Of a DNA stretch of 49,634 nucleotides, positions 9,734-19,184 are shown one piece after another. Position 1 is the first letter of the stretch. Every line of letters begins with the position of its first letter. The DNA lies in the NCBI GenBank assembly GCA_048938445.1, contig JBHLME010000015.1:1-49634 (forward strand). The letters run 5' to 3'. Below the pieces are notes generated by a model. That model did not search any database and was not told the DNA's origin. It worked only from the letters and a program-made list of their open reading frames with translations. Source of the DNA: Promethearchaeota archaeon (GTDB taxonomy: Archaea > Asgardarchaeota > Lokiarchaeia > Sigyniarchaeales > SOKP01). The position numbers and the translations under genes are program-made.

Positions 9734-11254
9734 ATGTCAGTAAGTCATACTATGGCACCATATTATAAAGTAACTGTAGATCGAGAATATTGTAAAAAAT
9801 GTAAAAGATGCACCACTCATTGTTCTTATGGAGCACTTTCTTTTAATGGAGAGCGTATTATTGCAGACAATTCAAAATGCGTCGCGTGTCAAAGGTGCGT
9901 TACCATGTGTCCTGCAAATGCTATTCAAGTAGTTCAAAATGAATCGTTTTTACCGCCACATGGTAATTATACGAGGAGAATAAGAAATGCTATTTGGGCT
10001 CAATCCGGTAATGGTGGAGTTCTATTAAGTGCAACTGGTAATGATCGAGAAATTCGTTCTATTTTCGATGATTTATTGTTAGATGCTTGCCAAGTTACCA
10101 ATCCTTCCATCGATCCTTTACGAGAAACTATTGAAACTAAAATATTTTTTGGTAGAAAACCTTCTAAAATAGATTTTAAACGTGATTCAGACAATCCCAA
10201 TAACATTTCTCTCAAAACGGAATTCATGCCAAATTTCGAAATTGATATGCCCATCATGGTAGGGCACATGAGCCTAGGATCCATTAGTTATAATGCTGTC
10301 ACTGCAATTTATCAAGCTTGTAAAGAACTTAATATTTTAGCAGGTTCTGGAGAAGGTGGTTTGCATCCCGATTTTTATGAATATGGATCAAATATCATTA
10401 CTGAGGTCGCATCAGGCAGATTTGGTGTGGATATAAACTACCTACATAATGCCGCGGGTATTGAAATTAAGATTGGTCAGGGGGCAAAACCGGGACATGG
10501 AGGTCACCTTCCAGGAGAAAAAGTAAATAGTCTGATTTCCCAAACTAGAATGATACCAAAAGGAAGTGATGCGCTATCACCTTACCCACATCACGATATC
10601 TATTCAATTGAAGATCTCGCGCAATTAATTGCGGCATTAAAAGAAGCGACGCGATATAAAGTACCCATTGGTGTAAAGATAGCTGCGGTCCATAACTCCG
10701 CGCCTATAGCTGTCGGTATAGTAAGAGGTGGTGCTGATTTTCTTACTTTAGATGGTTTTAGGGGAGGGACCGGAGCTGCACCAAGAATTATAAGGGATCA
10801 CGCGGGGATACCTATCGAACTAGCAATTGCCGCTGTTGATGAAAGATTGCGACAAGAAAATCTTAGAGATGAAGTTACTTTGGTTGCGGGAGGATCTATC
10901 AGATATTCGGCAGATTTAATTAAAGCAATTGCTTTGGGTGCAGATGTGGCAATGTGTAGTATGCCTGTTCTTATAGCTATGGGTTGTAGAGTATGCCAAC
11001 AATGTTTTAGAGGTTTGTGCTCATGGGGTATCGCAACACAGCAAGAATATCTCGTGAAAAGGCTTGATATAGACGTTGCCAGGAATCGAATCATCAATCT
11101 ATTCCATTCATGGAATGAAGAATTAAAAGAAGTGTTAGGAGCAATGGGTATAGATTCTGTTGAATCATTGCGGTCAAATAGAGACAGGTTGCGATATATT
11201 GGTCCTAATCCTAAAATTGCAGAAATTTTAGGAGTGAAACATGCAGGTGAATAA
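9734..11254 (+). CDS. gltB2: Glutamate synthase FMN-binding subunit with N-terminal ferredoxin domain
   Basis: CKKCKRCTTHC and CVACQRCVTMCP; MSLGSIS, SGEGG, ASGRFGV, EIKIGQGAKPGHGGHLPGEKV, HHDIYSIEDLAQ, GGTGAAP; cluster motif CRVCQQCFRGLC. Confidence 0.95.
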   Translation: MSVSHTMAPYYKVTVDREYCKKCKRCTTHCSYGALSFNGERIIADNSKCVACQRCVTMCPANAIQVVQNESFLPPHGNYTRRIRNAIWAQSGNGGVLLSATGNDREIRSIFDDLLLDACQVTNPSIDPLRETIETKIFFGRKPSKIDFKRDSDNPNNISLKTEFMPNFEIDMPIMVGHMSLGSISYNAVTAIYQACKELNILAGSGEGGLHPDFYEYGSNIITEVASGRFGVDINYLHNAAGIEIKIGQGAKPGHGGHLPGEKVNSLISQTRMIPKGSDALSPYPHHDIYSIEDLAQLIAALKEATRYKVPIGVKIAAVHNSAPIAVGIVRGGADFLTLDGFRGGTGAAPRIIRDHAGIPIELAIAAVDERLRQENLRDEVTLVAGGSIRYSADLIKAIALGADVAMCSMPVLIAMGCRVCQQCFRGLCSWGIATQQEYLVKRLDIDVARNRIINLFHSWNEELKEVLGAMGIDSVESLRSNRDRLRYIGPNPKIAEILGVKHAGE

Positions 11255-11276
11255 ATTAAATTTAGGTGGAAAAAAA

Positions 11277-12071
11277 ATGGTTGAAAATAAAATAATAAAA
11301 ATAAATGCTGCTCCAAAAAATAAACCTCTCACGTATAGAGAATTAAACGCGAAAATTCATGAAGTAATAAAAAACAATCCTAAAAAAATAATATTAAATG
11401 AAGTTTGCGGACAGAGATTTATCGCAGCATCCTTACAAGGCGATCTTGAAGTAGAGATTAATGGTCTTCCAGGAAACGATTTGGGCATTTTTATGGATGG
11501 ACCTAAAATAATCGTGAACGGAAATTGCGAGGATCAGGCGGGAAATACAATGAATGATGGAGAAATCATTGTTCATGGGGATGGAGGAGATGTAATCGGA
11601 TTATCTGCGAGAGGAGGGAAGATTTATATAAAAAAAGACGTCGGATACCGAGTAGGAATTCATATCAAGGAATACGAACATAAATATCCAGTAATAATCA
11701 TTGGTGGTACGGCAAAGGACTTTTTAGGAGAATACATGGCAGGAGGATTGATCATTGCTCTTGGATTAAAATTCGAGAATGGAAAAATCGTTGAAAACTG
11801 TCAGACGATCTGCGGTAATGAATTGGGCACGGGAATACATAGAGGGAAAATCGTATTAAGAACCGAAGAGAATATTGATAGCAAGTTAGGAATAGGAGCC
11901 AAATTATTTGATATTACTGATGATGAGATGGCTGAAATAAGACCTTATCTCGAAGAGTTTTGCCAAATTTTTAATGTTCCCACTGATCTTCTTAATAAAA
12001 AACCTTTCAAAGTCATAAAACCAATTTCAAAAAGACCATTTGGGGGCAATTACTGCGGTCAATTAATTTAA
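11277..12071 (+). CDS. gltB3: Glutamate synthase GXGXG beta-helix subunit
   Basis: Repeated GNDLGIFMDG / AGNTMNDG / LGEYMAGG / GTGIHRG units. ATG 11277 preferred over 11241 because of the AGGTGG SD and no overlap. Confidence 0.9.
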   Translation: MVENKIIKINAAPKNKPLTYRELNAKIHEVIKNNPKKIILNEVCGQRFIAASLQGDLEVEINGLPGNDLGIFMDGPKIIVNGNCEDQAGNTMNDGEIIVHGDGGDVIGLSARGGKIYIKKDVGYRVGIHIKEYEHKYPVIIIGGTAKDFLGEYMAGGLIIALGLKFENGKIVENCQTICGNELGTGIHRGKIVLRTEENIDSKLGIGAKLFDITDDEMAEIRPYLEEFCQIFNVPTDLLNKKPFKVIKPISKRPFGGNYCGQLI

Positions 12072-12193
12072 TTGAATTTTTAAATATCTAATTATGTAGC
12101 TTTTTTTTATCTTTTAATAATACAATAATTAATATAGTTAAGAGTTCCACTATTTATGTAACAAGTTCATAAAAGTGCATATAGGATCATCCC

Positions 12194-13021
12194 ATGATTA
12201 GGAAATTCCTTTTAATAAGCGAAGGAGGACTACTTAATTTCTATCTTAATCAGGATGACATAGAAATTGACGGAGACTTATTGTCTGGTTTTTGCAAGGC
12301 ATTATATGACATTTCATTAGAGTTAACCTCTCCACTGAAAACAGTAGGATTCGAAAAAAATAAGATGATCGTAGAGGACATCAAGCATTCCAAGGACACG
12401 ACATTGCTAATAGCAATGATTTTCGACGAGCATCATATTGAAGAAGGAATAAAAAATAAAATCCATTATATTTATAACCGATTTTTCAAGAATGTCGATT
12501 TTCATATAGAACATAGAAATTTAAAAAATGAGATTTTAGATGAAAAGATCACCTCAATAGTCAATGATGTTCCCTTAAGAAAGTTAATCGAGAACAACTT
12601 AGATACGATCAAGGAATTATTAGATCCAATTCTCCTCCAAAAAGATAATCAAATAGATGCATATTGCTTGACCAGTTCTAATAATAATATCCTCTATTGT
12701 AATGGAACGTACCAACTGTTGAAACACAGAGACGTGAAAACTGTGAAAGAGATCATTCAAGAATATTTATCTTTATTAAAACAAGAGAAAATTTCCCATG
12801 GAGATAAGTTTATTGGTCTTGATTTTCCTGAAGGACTGGATTTGGAAGATTATATCAATACTGGACAAAAAACACTTGGAGTTATGATAAATACTAGCAT
12901 AAATCTCAAGGAAGAACCCAATAATGAGTTATTACTTTATTTTTTTGGAAAAAACACGCTCATGCGTTCATGTGTTTTGGACATTGAACATGATTTAAGA
13001 TATCGATTGACTGAAGGTTAA
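12194..13021 (+). CDS. Longin-like domain protein (Asgard type) with a second alpha/beta domain
   Basis: N-terminus FLLISEGGLLNF..DGDLLSGFCKALYDISLEL matches the beta-beta-alpha start of longin-like folds (pattern recognition only). Confidence 0.55.
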   Translation: MIRKFLLISEGGLLNFYLNQDDIEIDGDLLSGFCKALYDISLELTSPLKTVGFEKNKMIVEDIKHSKDTTLLIAMIFDEHHIEEGIKNKIHYIYNRFFKNVDFHIEHRNLKNEILDEKITSIVNDVPLRKLIENNLDTIKELLDPILLQKDNQIDAYCLTSSNNNILYCNGTYQLLKHRDVKTVKEIIQEYLSLLKQEKISHGDKFIGLDFPEGLDLEDYINTGQKTLGVMINTSINLKEEPNNELLLYFFGKNTLMRSCVLDIEHDLRYRLTEG

Positions 13022-13128
13022 TTGTTATTTTTTTAAAAATAAGTATAAAATTATCCATTTAAATAGTAGTTCAATCGTAACTTTAAATAATAGTCATAAA
13101 AAATAATTATCCTTATTGGATGAGTTAA

Positions 13129-15213
13129 ATGAAAACGAATTCACAATATGAGATGTTAGAAAAACGGGTTGAATTAAAAGAAGACTTGGATATTAAAAAA
13201 GTAATGAAAAAAAAAGATTCAAGAAAATGGAGTAAATATTTACCCAAGAGAAAATTTAATAGCCTTGGTGAGATGGCGTTTGTTACCATTAGAAGATTTG
13301 GTGATAGAACAGCAATAAGGTGGTTTGACGATGATGAAATCAAAGAATTAACCTATAAAGAACTTGGATTCCATATAATTAATACTTTTCATGGATTAAG
13401 AGCACTTGGCATATCCCAACACGATCATGTCGCAATTTGCTCTAAAACTTCACCCTATTGGACATTAACAGATATAGCCCTTCAATCATTAGGTGCAGTA
13501 TCCATTGCAATATACCCCTCTTTAAAACCTAAAGAAATGAAATATATTTTAAATGATTCAGAAAGCAAGTGTATACTCGTAGATACTCAAGATAATTTAG
13601 AAAAGATACTTTCAATTGAAAGTGAAGTACCTACTTTACAATACATTATAGTTTCTGAACTCTTTGATGAAAAGTTGAAAAAAGACAATGTTCTTGGATT
13701 TAAGGAATTCATTGGGAAAGGTCTCGATTATGCGGTTGACAATCCCGCATCAATTGATGATGCAATTTCTAAAGTTAGAGAAGAAGATTTAGCAAGCCTA
13801 ATTTATACTTCTGGAACTACTGGAATTCCAAAAGGAGTCATGTTAACGCATAGAAACTTTCTTTCTGACGCACTCCTGTCATCTTCTGTCGTCTTGACTA
13901 GTATTAAAGGAGAAAAACCATGGGAACAAGATCTTTGCTGTGTCATGCCATATTCTCACTCATTTGGAAGATGTGTTGATGAATATTGTCCTATCTTAAT
14001 GGGCGCATCAATGAATATGGTTCATGAATATGATCCAGACTTAATTAGAAGAGCTTTTGAAGAATTCAAACCAACCTTCATGTGCGGGATACCTTATCTT
14101 TATCAAAAGATATATAATATTGTTCTGGACGAAGTTGCCCAATATCCAAAAATGATTCAAAATATCGTTGCTGGTGTCATTGAAAATGGACGAACTTTTT
14201 TTAAGTTATGGGAAGCAGGAGAAAAAATACCTTTTAAAGTCAAACTGAGACAGAACTTTACCGCTAAATTGGTAGGGAGAATAGTCAATAAGAAAATTGG
14301 TGGACGGTGGAAGGGAATGATAAGTGGTTCTGCTAAGTTGTCAAGGGAAGTAATGTATTTCTTCAATACTTTGGGATTTCTAATGGCTGAGGGATATGGT
14401 TTAACAGAATCAAGTCCAGTTACACATTTACTACGTACGGAGTTTAATTCAGACTTTAGACCAAATTTTAATAAAAAAATAAATCCCTATGATAAAATCG
14501 GCACGATTGGCCCACCCATAGAAATACCAAACAGTCCATACGAAAATATTGAACAAAAACTCGATCCAGACACGGGAGAGTTGTTGATTAAGGGTCCAAT
14601 GATCATGAAAGGTTATTGGAAGAAACCAGAATTGACCTCTCTTGCGATTGATGATGATGGTTGGTTACATACTGGAGATATCGCAGAAATAGACGAAGAT
14701 GGTTATGTCACAATTAAAGGTCGAGCAAAAGTCGTTATTAAATTAATGACGGGTAAAATGATAAGTCCTGCTGCCGTGGAAAATTTAATTACACCTGCTT
14801 CTAGAATGATCGGACAGTTTATATTAGCAGGTGATGATTCTCGAAAATATTTAACAGCGATAATCGTTCCTTATCAAGAACCTCTTAAAAAATATGCGGA
14901 TGAGCACGGGATAAAATATACCACTTGGAGAGAGATTATTACTAATGAAGAAATTCAGAAAGTATTAGAAAATGAAATCTCATCATTCTTGAAGGATACA
15001 TCAAATTATGCCCGGCCTAAGAAATTCTTAATATCATCAAAGGTAATCGATGAGTCTCAATACGTCACTCCAACATATAAATTTAAAAGAAAAACACTCA
15101 TGGAAGATTTACAAAAAGATATCGATAAACTTTACGATTCTGATAAAACTTTTGTTATTATTGAGGATAGAATGACAGATTTTTATGATCAAGGAATGAT
15201 TATCTCTGGTTAG
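13129..15213 (+). CDS. Long-chain acyl-CoA synthetase (AMP-binding)
   Basis: YTSGTTGIPKG, EGYGLTE, GWLHTGD, GRAK, TPTYKFKR. Confidence 0.92.
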   Translation: MKTNSQYEMLEKRVELKEDLDIKKVMKKKDSRKWSKYLPKRKFNSLGEMAFVTIRRFGDRTAIRWFDDDEIKELTYKELGFHIINTFHGLRALGISQHDHVAICSKTSPYWTLTDIALQSLGAVSIAIYPSLKPKEMKYILNDSESKCILVDTQDNLEKILSIESEVPTLQYIIVSELFDEKLKKDNVLGFKEFIGKGLDYAVDNPASIDDAISKVREEDLASLIYTSGTTGIPKGVMLTHRNFLSDALLSSSVVLTSIKGEKPWEQDLCCVMPYSHSFGRCVDEYCPILMGASMNMVHEYDPDLIRRAFEEFKPTFMCGIPYLYQKIYNIVLDEVAQYPKMIQNIVAGVIENGRTFFKLWEAGEKIPFKVKLRQNFTAKLVGRIVNKKIGGRWKGMISGSAKLSREVMYFFNTLGFLMAEGYGLTESSPVTHLLRTEFNSDFRPNFNKKINPYDKIGTIGPPIEIPNSPYENIEQKLDPDTGELLIKGPMIMKGYWKKPELTSLAIDDDGWLHTGDIAEIDEDGYVTIKGRAKVVIKLMTGKMISPAAVENLITPASRMIGQFILAGDDSRKYLTAIIVPYQEPLKKYADEHGIKYTTWREIITNEEIQKVLENEISSFLKDTSNYARPKKFLISSKVIDESQYVTPTYKFKRKTLMEDLQKDIDKLYDSDKTFVIIEDRMTDFYDQGMIISG

Positions 15214-15300
15214 AGAAATCTCAAAAAGTTTTTCATTAAAATAAAATTCTGAAGTTCAAATAATTTTTTTATTTATTTTTTAAAAAAAAGAACATTCAAG

Positions 15301-15828
15301 TCATAGCAATTTAGCATTTTTCATCATTATTTTTGTAATTGCTTCCATAATTACTTGAACATTTTCACCCGTTTTTGAAGAGCATTCTATATAGCCTAGA
15401 AGCTTCTTTTTTTTTGCGAGTTCTATAACCTCATCTGACTCCACTTCACGTTTATCTTCAAGGTCTATTTTTGTACCTACCATTATGATTGGTGCCATGA
15501 ATTCTTCCCTGTTATTAGGATCCTTAAAAAAATCTAACCATTCATTAATTTTATCTAAACTTTTAGTATCTGTAGTATCGAACATAAAAAGCCCTCCTTT
15601 TGCATCCTGTACAAAGCTAGGAAAGAGGATTTTATAGTGTTCTTCACCCGCAAAATCCCATATTTGGAGTCCGACAGTTTTTCCTTCGACTTCAAGAGAT
15701 GTGGTGTGTAAATCAGTACCTATTGTCATTCTCTCCTCTTCATTGAAGACATTGGTTAAATACTTCCTACAGTAACTAGTTTTTCCTACACCGCTATCCC
15801 CAAATATACACAGTTTAAATTTTGTCAT
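15301..15828 (-). CDS. Rab-like small GTPase
   Basis: G1 GDSGVGKTS, G2 TIG, G3 LQIWDFAGEE, G4 TKID, G5 ECSSKTG; 175 aa; no C-terminal Cys motif. Confidence 0.93.
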   Translation of the reverse strand: MTKFKLCIFGDSGVGKTSYCRKYLTNVFNEEERMTIGTDLHTTSLEVEGKTVGLQIWDFAGEEHYKILFPSFVQDAKGGLFMFDTTDTKSLDKINEWLDFFKDPNNREEFMAPIIMVGTKIDLEDKREVESDEVIELAKKKKLLGYIECSSKTGENVQVIMEAITKIMMKNAKLL

Positions 15829-15936
15829 TTATTTACTCCATGAATGATCCATTTTATTATAATAATCTCAAGAAGATAATTATATAAAAATAATTGGTAA
15901 AAAAAAAAATTAAATTTGATGGTAAATAACTTGATT

Positions 15937-16971
15937 TTATTTAACTTCATAAATCCAGTTAAACTCATCCTTGATTTCTAATCGTTGAATTCCAGTCAAC
16001 AGATCATATAATTTCGTAGTTACTTCTCCTGGTTTTCTATTATTGAATATCTTCTCATTTTCTTCGATTTGAACTGAACCTATTGGTGTTATGACAGCAG
16101 CAGTTCCAGTACAAAAACATTCTGTACAAGATTCTTTAAACAATTCTCTGTATGATATTTTTCTTTCTTCTATTCTCAAGTAAAGTTTCTTTTCAGCAAG
16201 CTCTAAAACGCTTTTTAGTGTTATACCTTCTAAGATCGTTCCATCCAGTTGAGGCGTGGTTAGCGTATTATCTATTATAGCACAAAAATTGGCTGCACCA
16301 ACTTCATTGATATATTCTCTTTGAATTGAATCAAGATATAATACTTGAGAAAAACCACGTTGCTTGGCTTCTTTAGCGGGTTTCATTGTTCCTGCATAAT
16401 TACTGCATGTTTTTGAAAAACCCGTTCCACCAGGACTGGAGCGCGTGTATTTCTTACTAATTTCCAAATTAATTGCTTTAAATCCTTCTGGAAAATAAGC
16501 TCCAACTGGAGAAGTGAAGATTATGAATTTATATTCTTCAGCGGGTCGAATACCAAGCATTGGACCACTCCCAATCATTAAAGGTCGGATATATAAGGAG
16601 CCCCCACTCTCATATGGAGGAATATATTCTTCATTTGCCTTTACAACTGTTTTAATCTTTTCCACGAACCTAATAGGATCATAACTAGGCATCATAAGCC
16701 TTTCAGCGCTTTTGTTCAACCTTTTAGCATTTTCGTCTGGTCGAAAGAGCGTGATTTTACCATTCTTTGCTCTTAAGGCTTTCAATCCTTCAAATATCCC
16801 TTGTCCGTAATTCAAGACACATGCCGCGGGTGAGATTTCTATATTCCCTAAAGGAATGATATCTCCTTCATCCCATCTACCATCCTTATAATTTGAAACA
16901 AACATCACTTTAGTCTTTATGAAACTAAATCCAAGATTATAAAAATCTATTTTTTTACTTTCGATTTGCAT
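15937..16971 (-). CDS. ilvE: Branched-chain amino acid aminotransferase (fold type IV PLP)
   Basis: LNYGQGIFEGLKA, LFRPDEN, SLYIRP, SKTCSNYA (PLP Lys), EVGAAN, ILEGIT, TGTAAVITP; SD GAGGT at 16984-16980. Confidence 0.95.
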   Translation of the reverse strand: MQIESKKIDFYNLGFSFIKTKVMFVSNYKDGRWDEGDIIPLGNIEISPAACVLNYGQGIFEGLKALRAKNGKITLFRPDENAKRLNKSAERLMMPSYDPIRFVEKIKTVVKANEEYIPPYESGGSLYIRPLMIGSGPMLGIRPAEEYKFIIFTSPVGAYFPEGFKAINLEISKKYTRSSPGGTGFSKTCSNYAGTMKPAKEAKQRGFSQVLYLDSIQREYINEVGAANFCAIIDNTLTTPQLDGTILEGITLKSVLELAEKKLYLRIEERKISYRELFKESCTECFCTGTAAVITPIGSVQIEENEKIFNNRKPGEVTTKLYDLLTGIQRLEIKDEFNWIYEVK

Positions 16972-17248
16972 TTACTCATACCTCATTTTTTTATTTTCTA
17001 TCTATGTGGCATGACCCCTTGACAAAAACGCAATCCTTCTATGATCTCTTCCATATTAAACTCACGTTCAAACAAGATACTATCCCCATGATAATCATTA
17101 GAGAATAAGAAAAGATATTAAAAGGAGTCGCGATCTTGTTTTATAATAATACTGCTGCTACTGCTGCGATAGCTGCCGCTATAATGGAGCGTGCAAATGC
17201 ATTTACAGCTATTGCATTTTTTCGAGTATTATTAATCGAAGAGATCAT
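16972..17248 (-). promoter_or_regulatory. Structured ilvE leader region (candidate attenuator)
   Basis: Leader ORF, U-rich tract and several complementary segments (17238-17248/17041-17051; 17211-17221/17024-17034; 17101-17132/17029-17063; 17133-17141/17070-17078). Confidence 0.7.
17141..17248 (-). CDS. Leader peptide of ilvE, 35 aa: MISSINNTRKNAIAVNAFARSIIAAAIAAVAAVLL*
   Basis: Hand translation, ATG 17248 to TAA 17141. The last 14 codons are only Ile/Ala/Val/Leu. Not in the ORF track. Confidence 0.8.
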   Translation of the reverse strand: MISSINNTRKNAIAVNAFARSIIAAAIAAVAAVLL

Positions 17249-17271
17249 TAATATATAATGACATGAGCTTG

Positions 17272-17279
17272 AATATAAA
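17272..17279 (-). promoter_or_regulatory. TATA box for the leader-ilvE transcript
   Basis: TTTATATT 24-31 nt upstream of the leader ATG, the spacing expected for a near-leaderless archaeal transcript. Confidence 0.55.
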
Positions 17280-17384
17280 TATTACGTGTAAAATGGGAAA
17301 GCATACCCACAAAAATATGTCATTTCTTATTCATTGATAAAACCCATACAAATTAAATTAAAAAAAAAATATTAAATTATTTAA

Positions 17385-19001
17385 TTATACCAAGTATCCG
17401 TAAAACCTAATATTTTGTCCAAAAACCATTGAAATTCCATTTTTAGCAATTATAATATTGATCCATCCTTGTTCATTTTTACCAATATAGATTTCAAATA
17501 TTTCATAAATCTTATGGATCATTATATTAAAATTCAAACGTATATTCTCTACTTTAAAATCTATATTATACTCATTTATATAAATTGCTGATATTCCAGC
17601 TACACAAGCATCATCATTTTTTATTTTACCGAATCCTTCAAGCATTCTTCGGTTCAATAACCAATCATAAGTGATCACACTTACATCATCTTCGCTATAC
17701 TCGCCAAAATAGACATCTAAGTGCCCATACTCCGGTAACATTATTCCTGTAAAATCCGGATTAGCAATTCCATTTATAAAACGAAAATCACCACTTCCAT
17801 TTCCAAAAATACCACTAGTGAATGCTATAAGAGGAATATCCACCTCAGAATAATGATCATCGAAATCATATGGTATATATGGACAATCATCCCAATCGGA
17901 TATAGCTGCAGATTCCAATCCTAACCGACTAGGCCACCAATTATCGAATTGGGCATTTTGATGTATCATCACGAAAGGATCTCCATAACCTCCATAAAGA
18001 TTACTTACACCTCCAGGCCCCCACGCAAAATAAATAGCAAAAGTTAGATATTCAGCTATATTATTCCATGGTAAATTAGTATATGGATTTATCTCAGGTT
18101 GAAGGGGTACTCCTATGGGAAATTCAGCAGGTGCTCCTGGATTTTGATCACCATATTGAAGTACAAATATTGATTCAGGTCTAGTACCCATGAATCGTGC
18201 CCATTCTCCTGTCTCTTTCATGAACTCGATCGAGGAAGTTAAATTCACGCTATTAGTGACCAAATCGGGGTATTTTGTTCCCGTTCCACCATCCAGTAAG
18301 ATAATTCCTTTTAAATCATCTTCCCAAAATAATGAAGCATGATTCATTGTTGCTCTTCCACCAAAGCTTTGACCCGCCATATAGATTTTTTCTACACCAG
18401 AAGTTTCTTTTGCCAGATCAACAGCTTCCTTTATATCACTCATCCATTGTTCCCAACCCCAATCAGACATGAAAGAAAGTTGTTCAGTAGTGAGATAATC
18501 AGGTACGAAATGTGTCCTGTAATCTATAGCATATACATCAAAATCCTTATTTGCTAGGTAATAAGGTAATGAATAATTTTCATACATCGTCCACCAATCT
18601 TCAGGTGGATTTGAAATTAATTGCTCTCCATTCATCCAAGTTCCAGGACAAAAAAAAATAACTCCTTTAGGATCGATGCCTTCCTTGACAACTCTATGTA
18701 GTCCTATTTTATCAAATGGACCATATGGTGCTCTTTCCATCTGCCAAACATATTCTTTCAATTCAGGATAAGCTTTAATCCCACGAGCATTAAAAATATT
18801 TACCCAATTAGATATTAAAGATTCCGAATATGCATCATCACTAATCGAGAGAATATTTTCACTTTTACTAAGTACTATTGGTCCGAAATAATGATTTTGA
18901 TCATTAGGATCAGACCAAGAGGTTATTGAAGTAATATAGTTGAGACTAATAAAAACCATACAAAGAATTAATGGGATTGCTTTAAGTTTTTTCATATTCA
19001 T
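17385..19001 (-). CDS. Secreted alpha/beta hydrolase (esterase/lipase-like)
   Basis: Signal-peptide-like N-terminus (MKKLKAIPLILCMVFISL); nucleophile elbow GQSFGG, AIDYR, YGHLD. Confidence 0.8.
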   Translation of the reverse strand: MNMKKLKAIPLILCMVFISLNYITSITSWSDPNDQNHYFGPIVLSKSENILSISDDAYSESLISNWVNIFNARGIKAYPELKEYVWQMERAPYGPFDKIGLHRVVKEGIDPKGVIFFCPGTWMNGEQLISNPPEDWWTMYENYSLPYYLANKDFDVYAIDYRTHFVPDYLTTEQLSFMSDWGWEQWMSDIKEAVDLAKETSGVEKIYMAGQSFGGRATMNHASLFWEDDLKGIILLDGGTGTKYPDLVTNSVNLTSSIEFMKETGEWARFMGTRPESIFVLQYGDQNPGAPAEFPIGVPLQPEINPYTNLPWNNIAEYLTFAIYFAWGPGGVSNLYGGYGDPFVMIHQNAQFDNWWPSRLGLESAAISDWDDCPYIPYDFDDHYSEVDIPLIAFTSGIFGNGSGDFRFINGIANPDFTGIMLPEYGHLDVYFGEYSEDDVSVITYDWLLNRRMLEGFGKIKNDDACVAGISAIYINEYNIDFKVENIRLNFNIMIHKIYEIFEIYIGKNEQGWINIIIAKNGISMVFGQNIRFYGYLV

Positions 19002-19184
19002 TTATTTAATTTCTCCCTTTATTTGTCAAAATCAATAGTATTTTTACCATTTTTTATGGTAAATAAAAATAGTTTTAATGAAATATTTAATATTTTTGCA
19101 TTAAATTAATATAATAACATAATAGAGAATTATAAAAATTAATAAAAAATATAAAAATTGAGGTAAAATTCATTTTAATTTAAA

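Noticed and set aside
11241-11276. Longer N-terminus for gltB3
   Set aside because: Overlaps gltB2, and the SD favours ATG 11277.
16990-17100. Additional tiny ORFs in the ilvE leader (MIIMGIVSCLNVSLIWKRS*, MEEIIEGLRFCQGVMPHR*)
   Set aside because: No clear SD or promoter support, and the sequence is explained by RNA pairing. They cannot be fully excluded.
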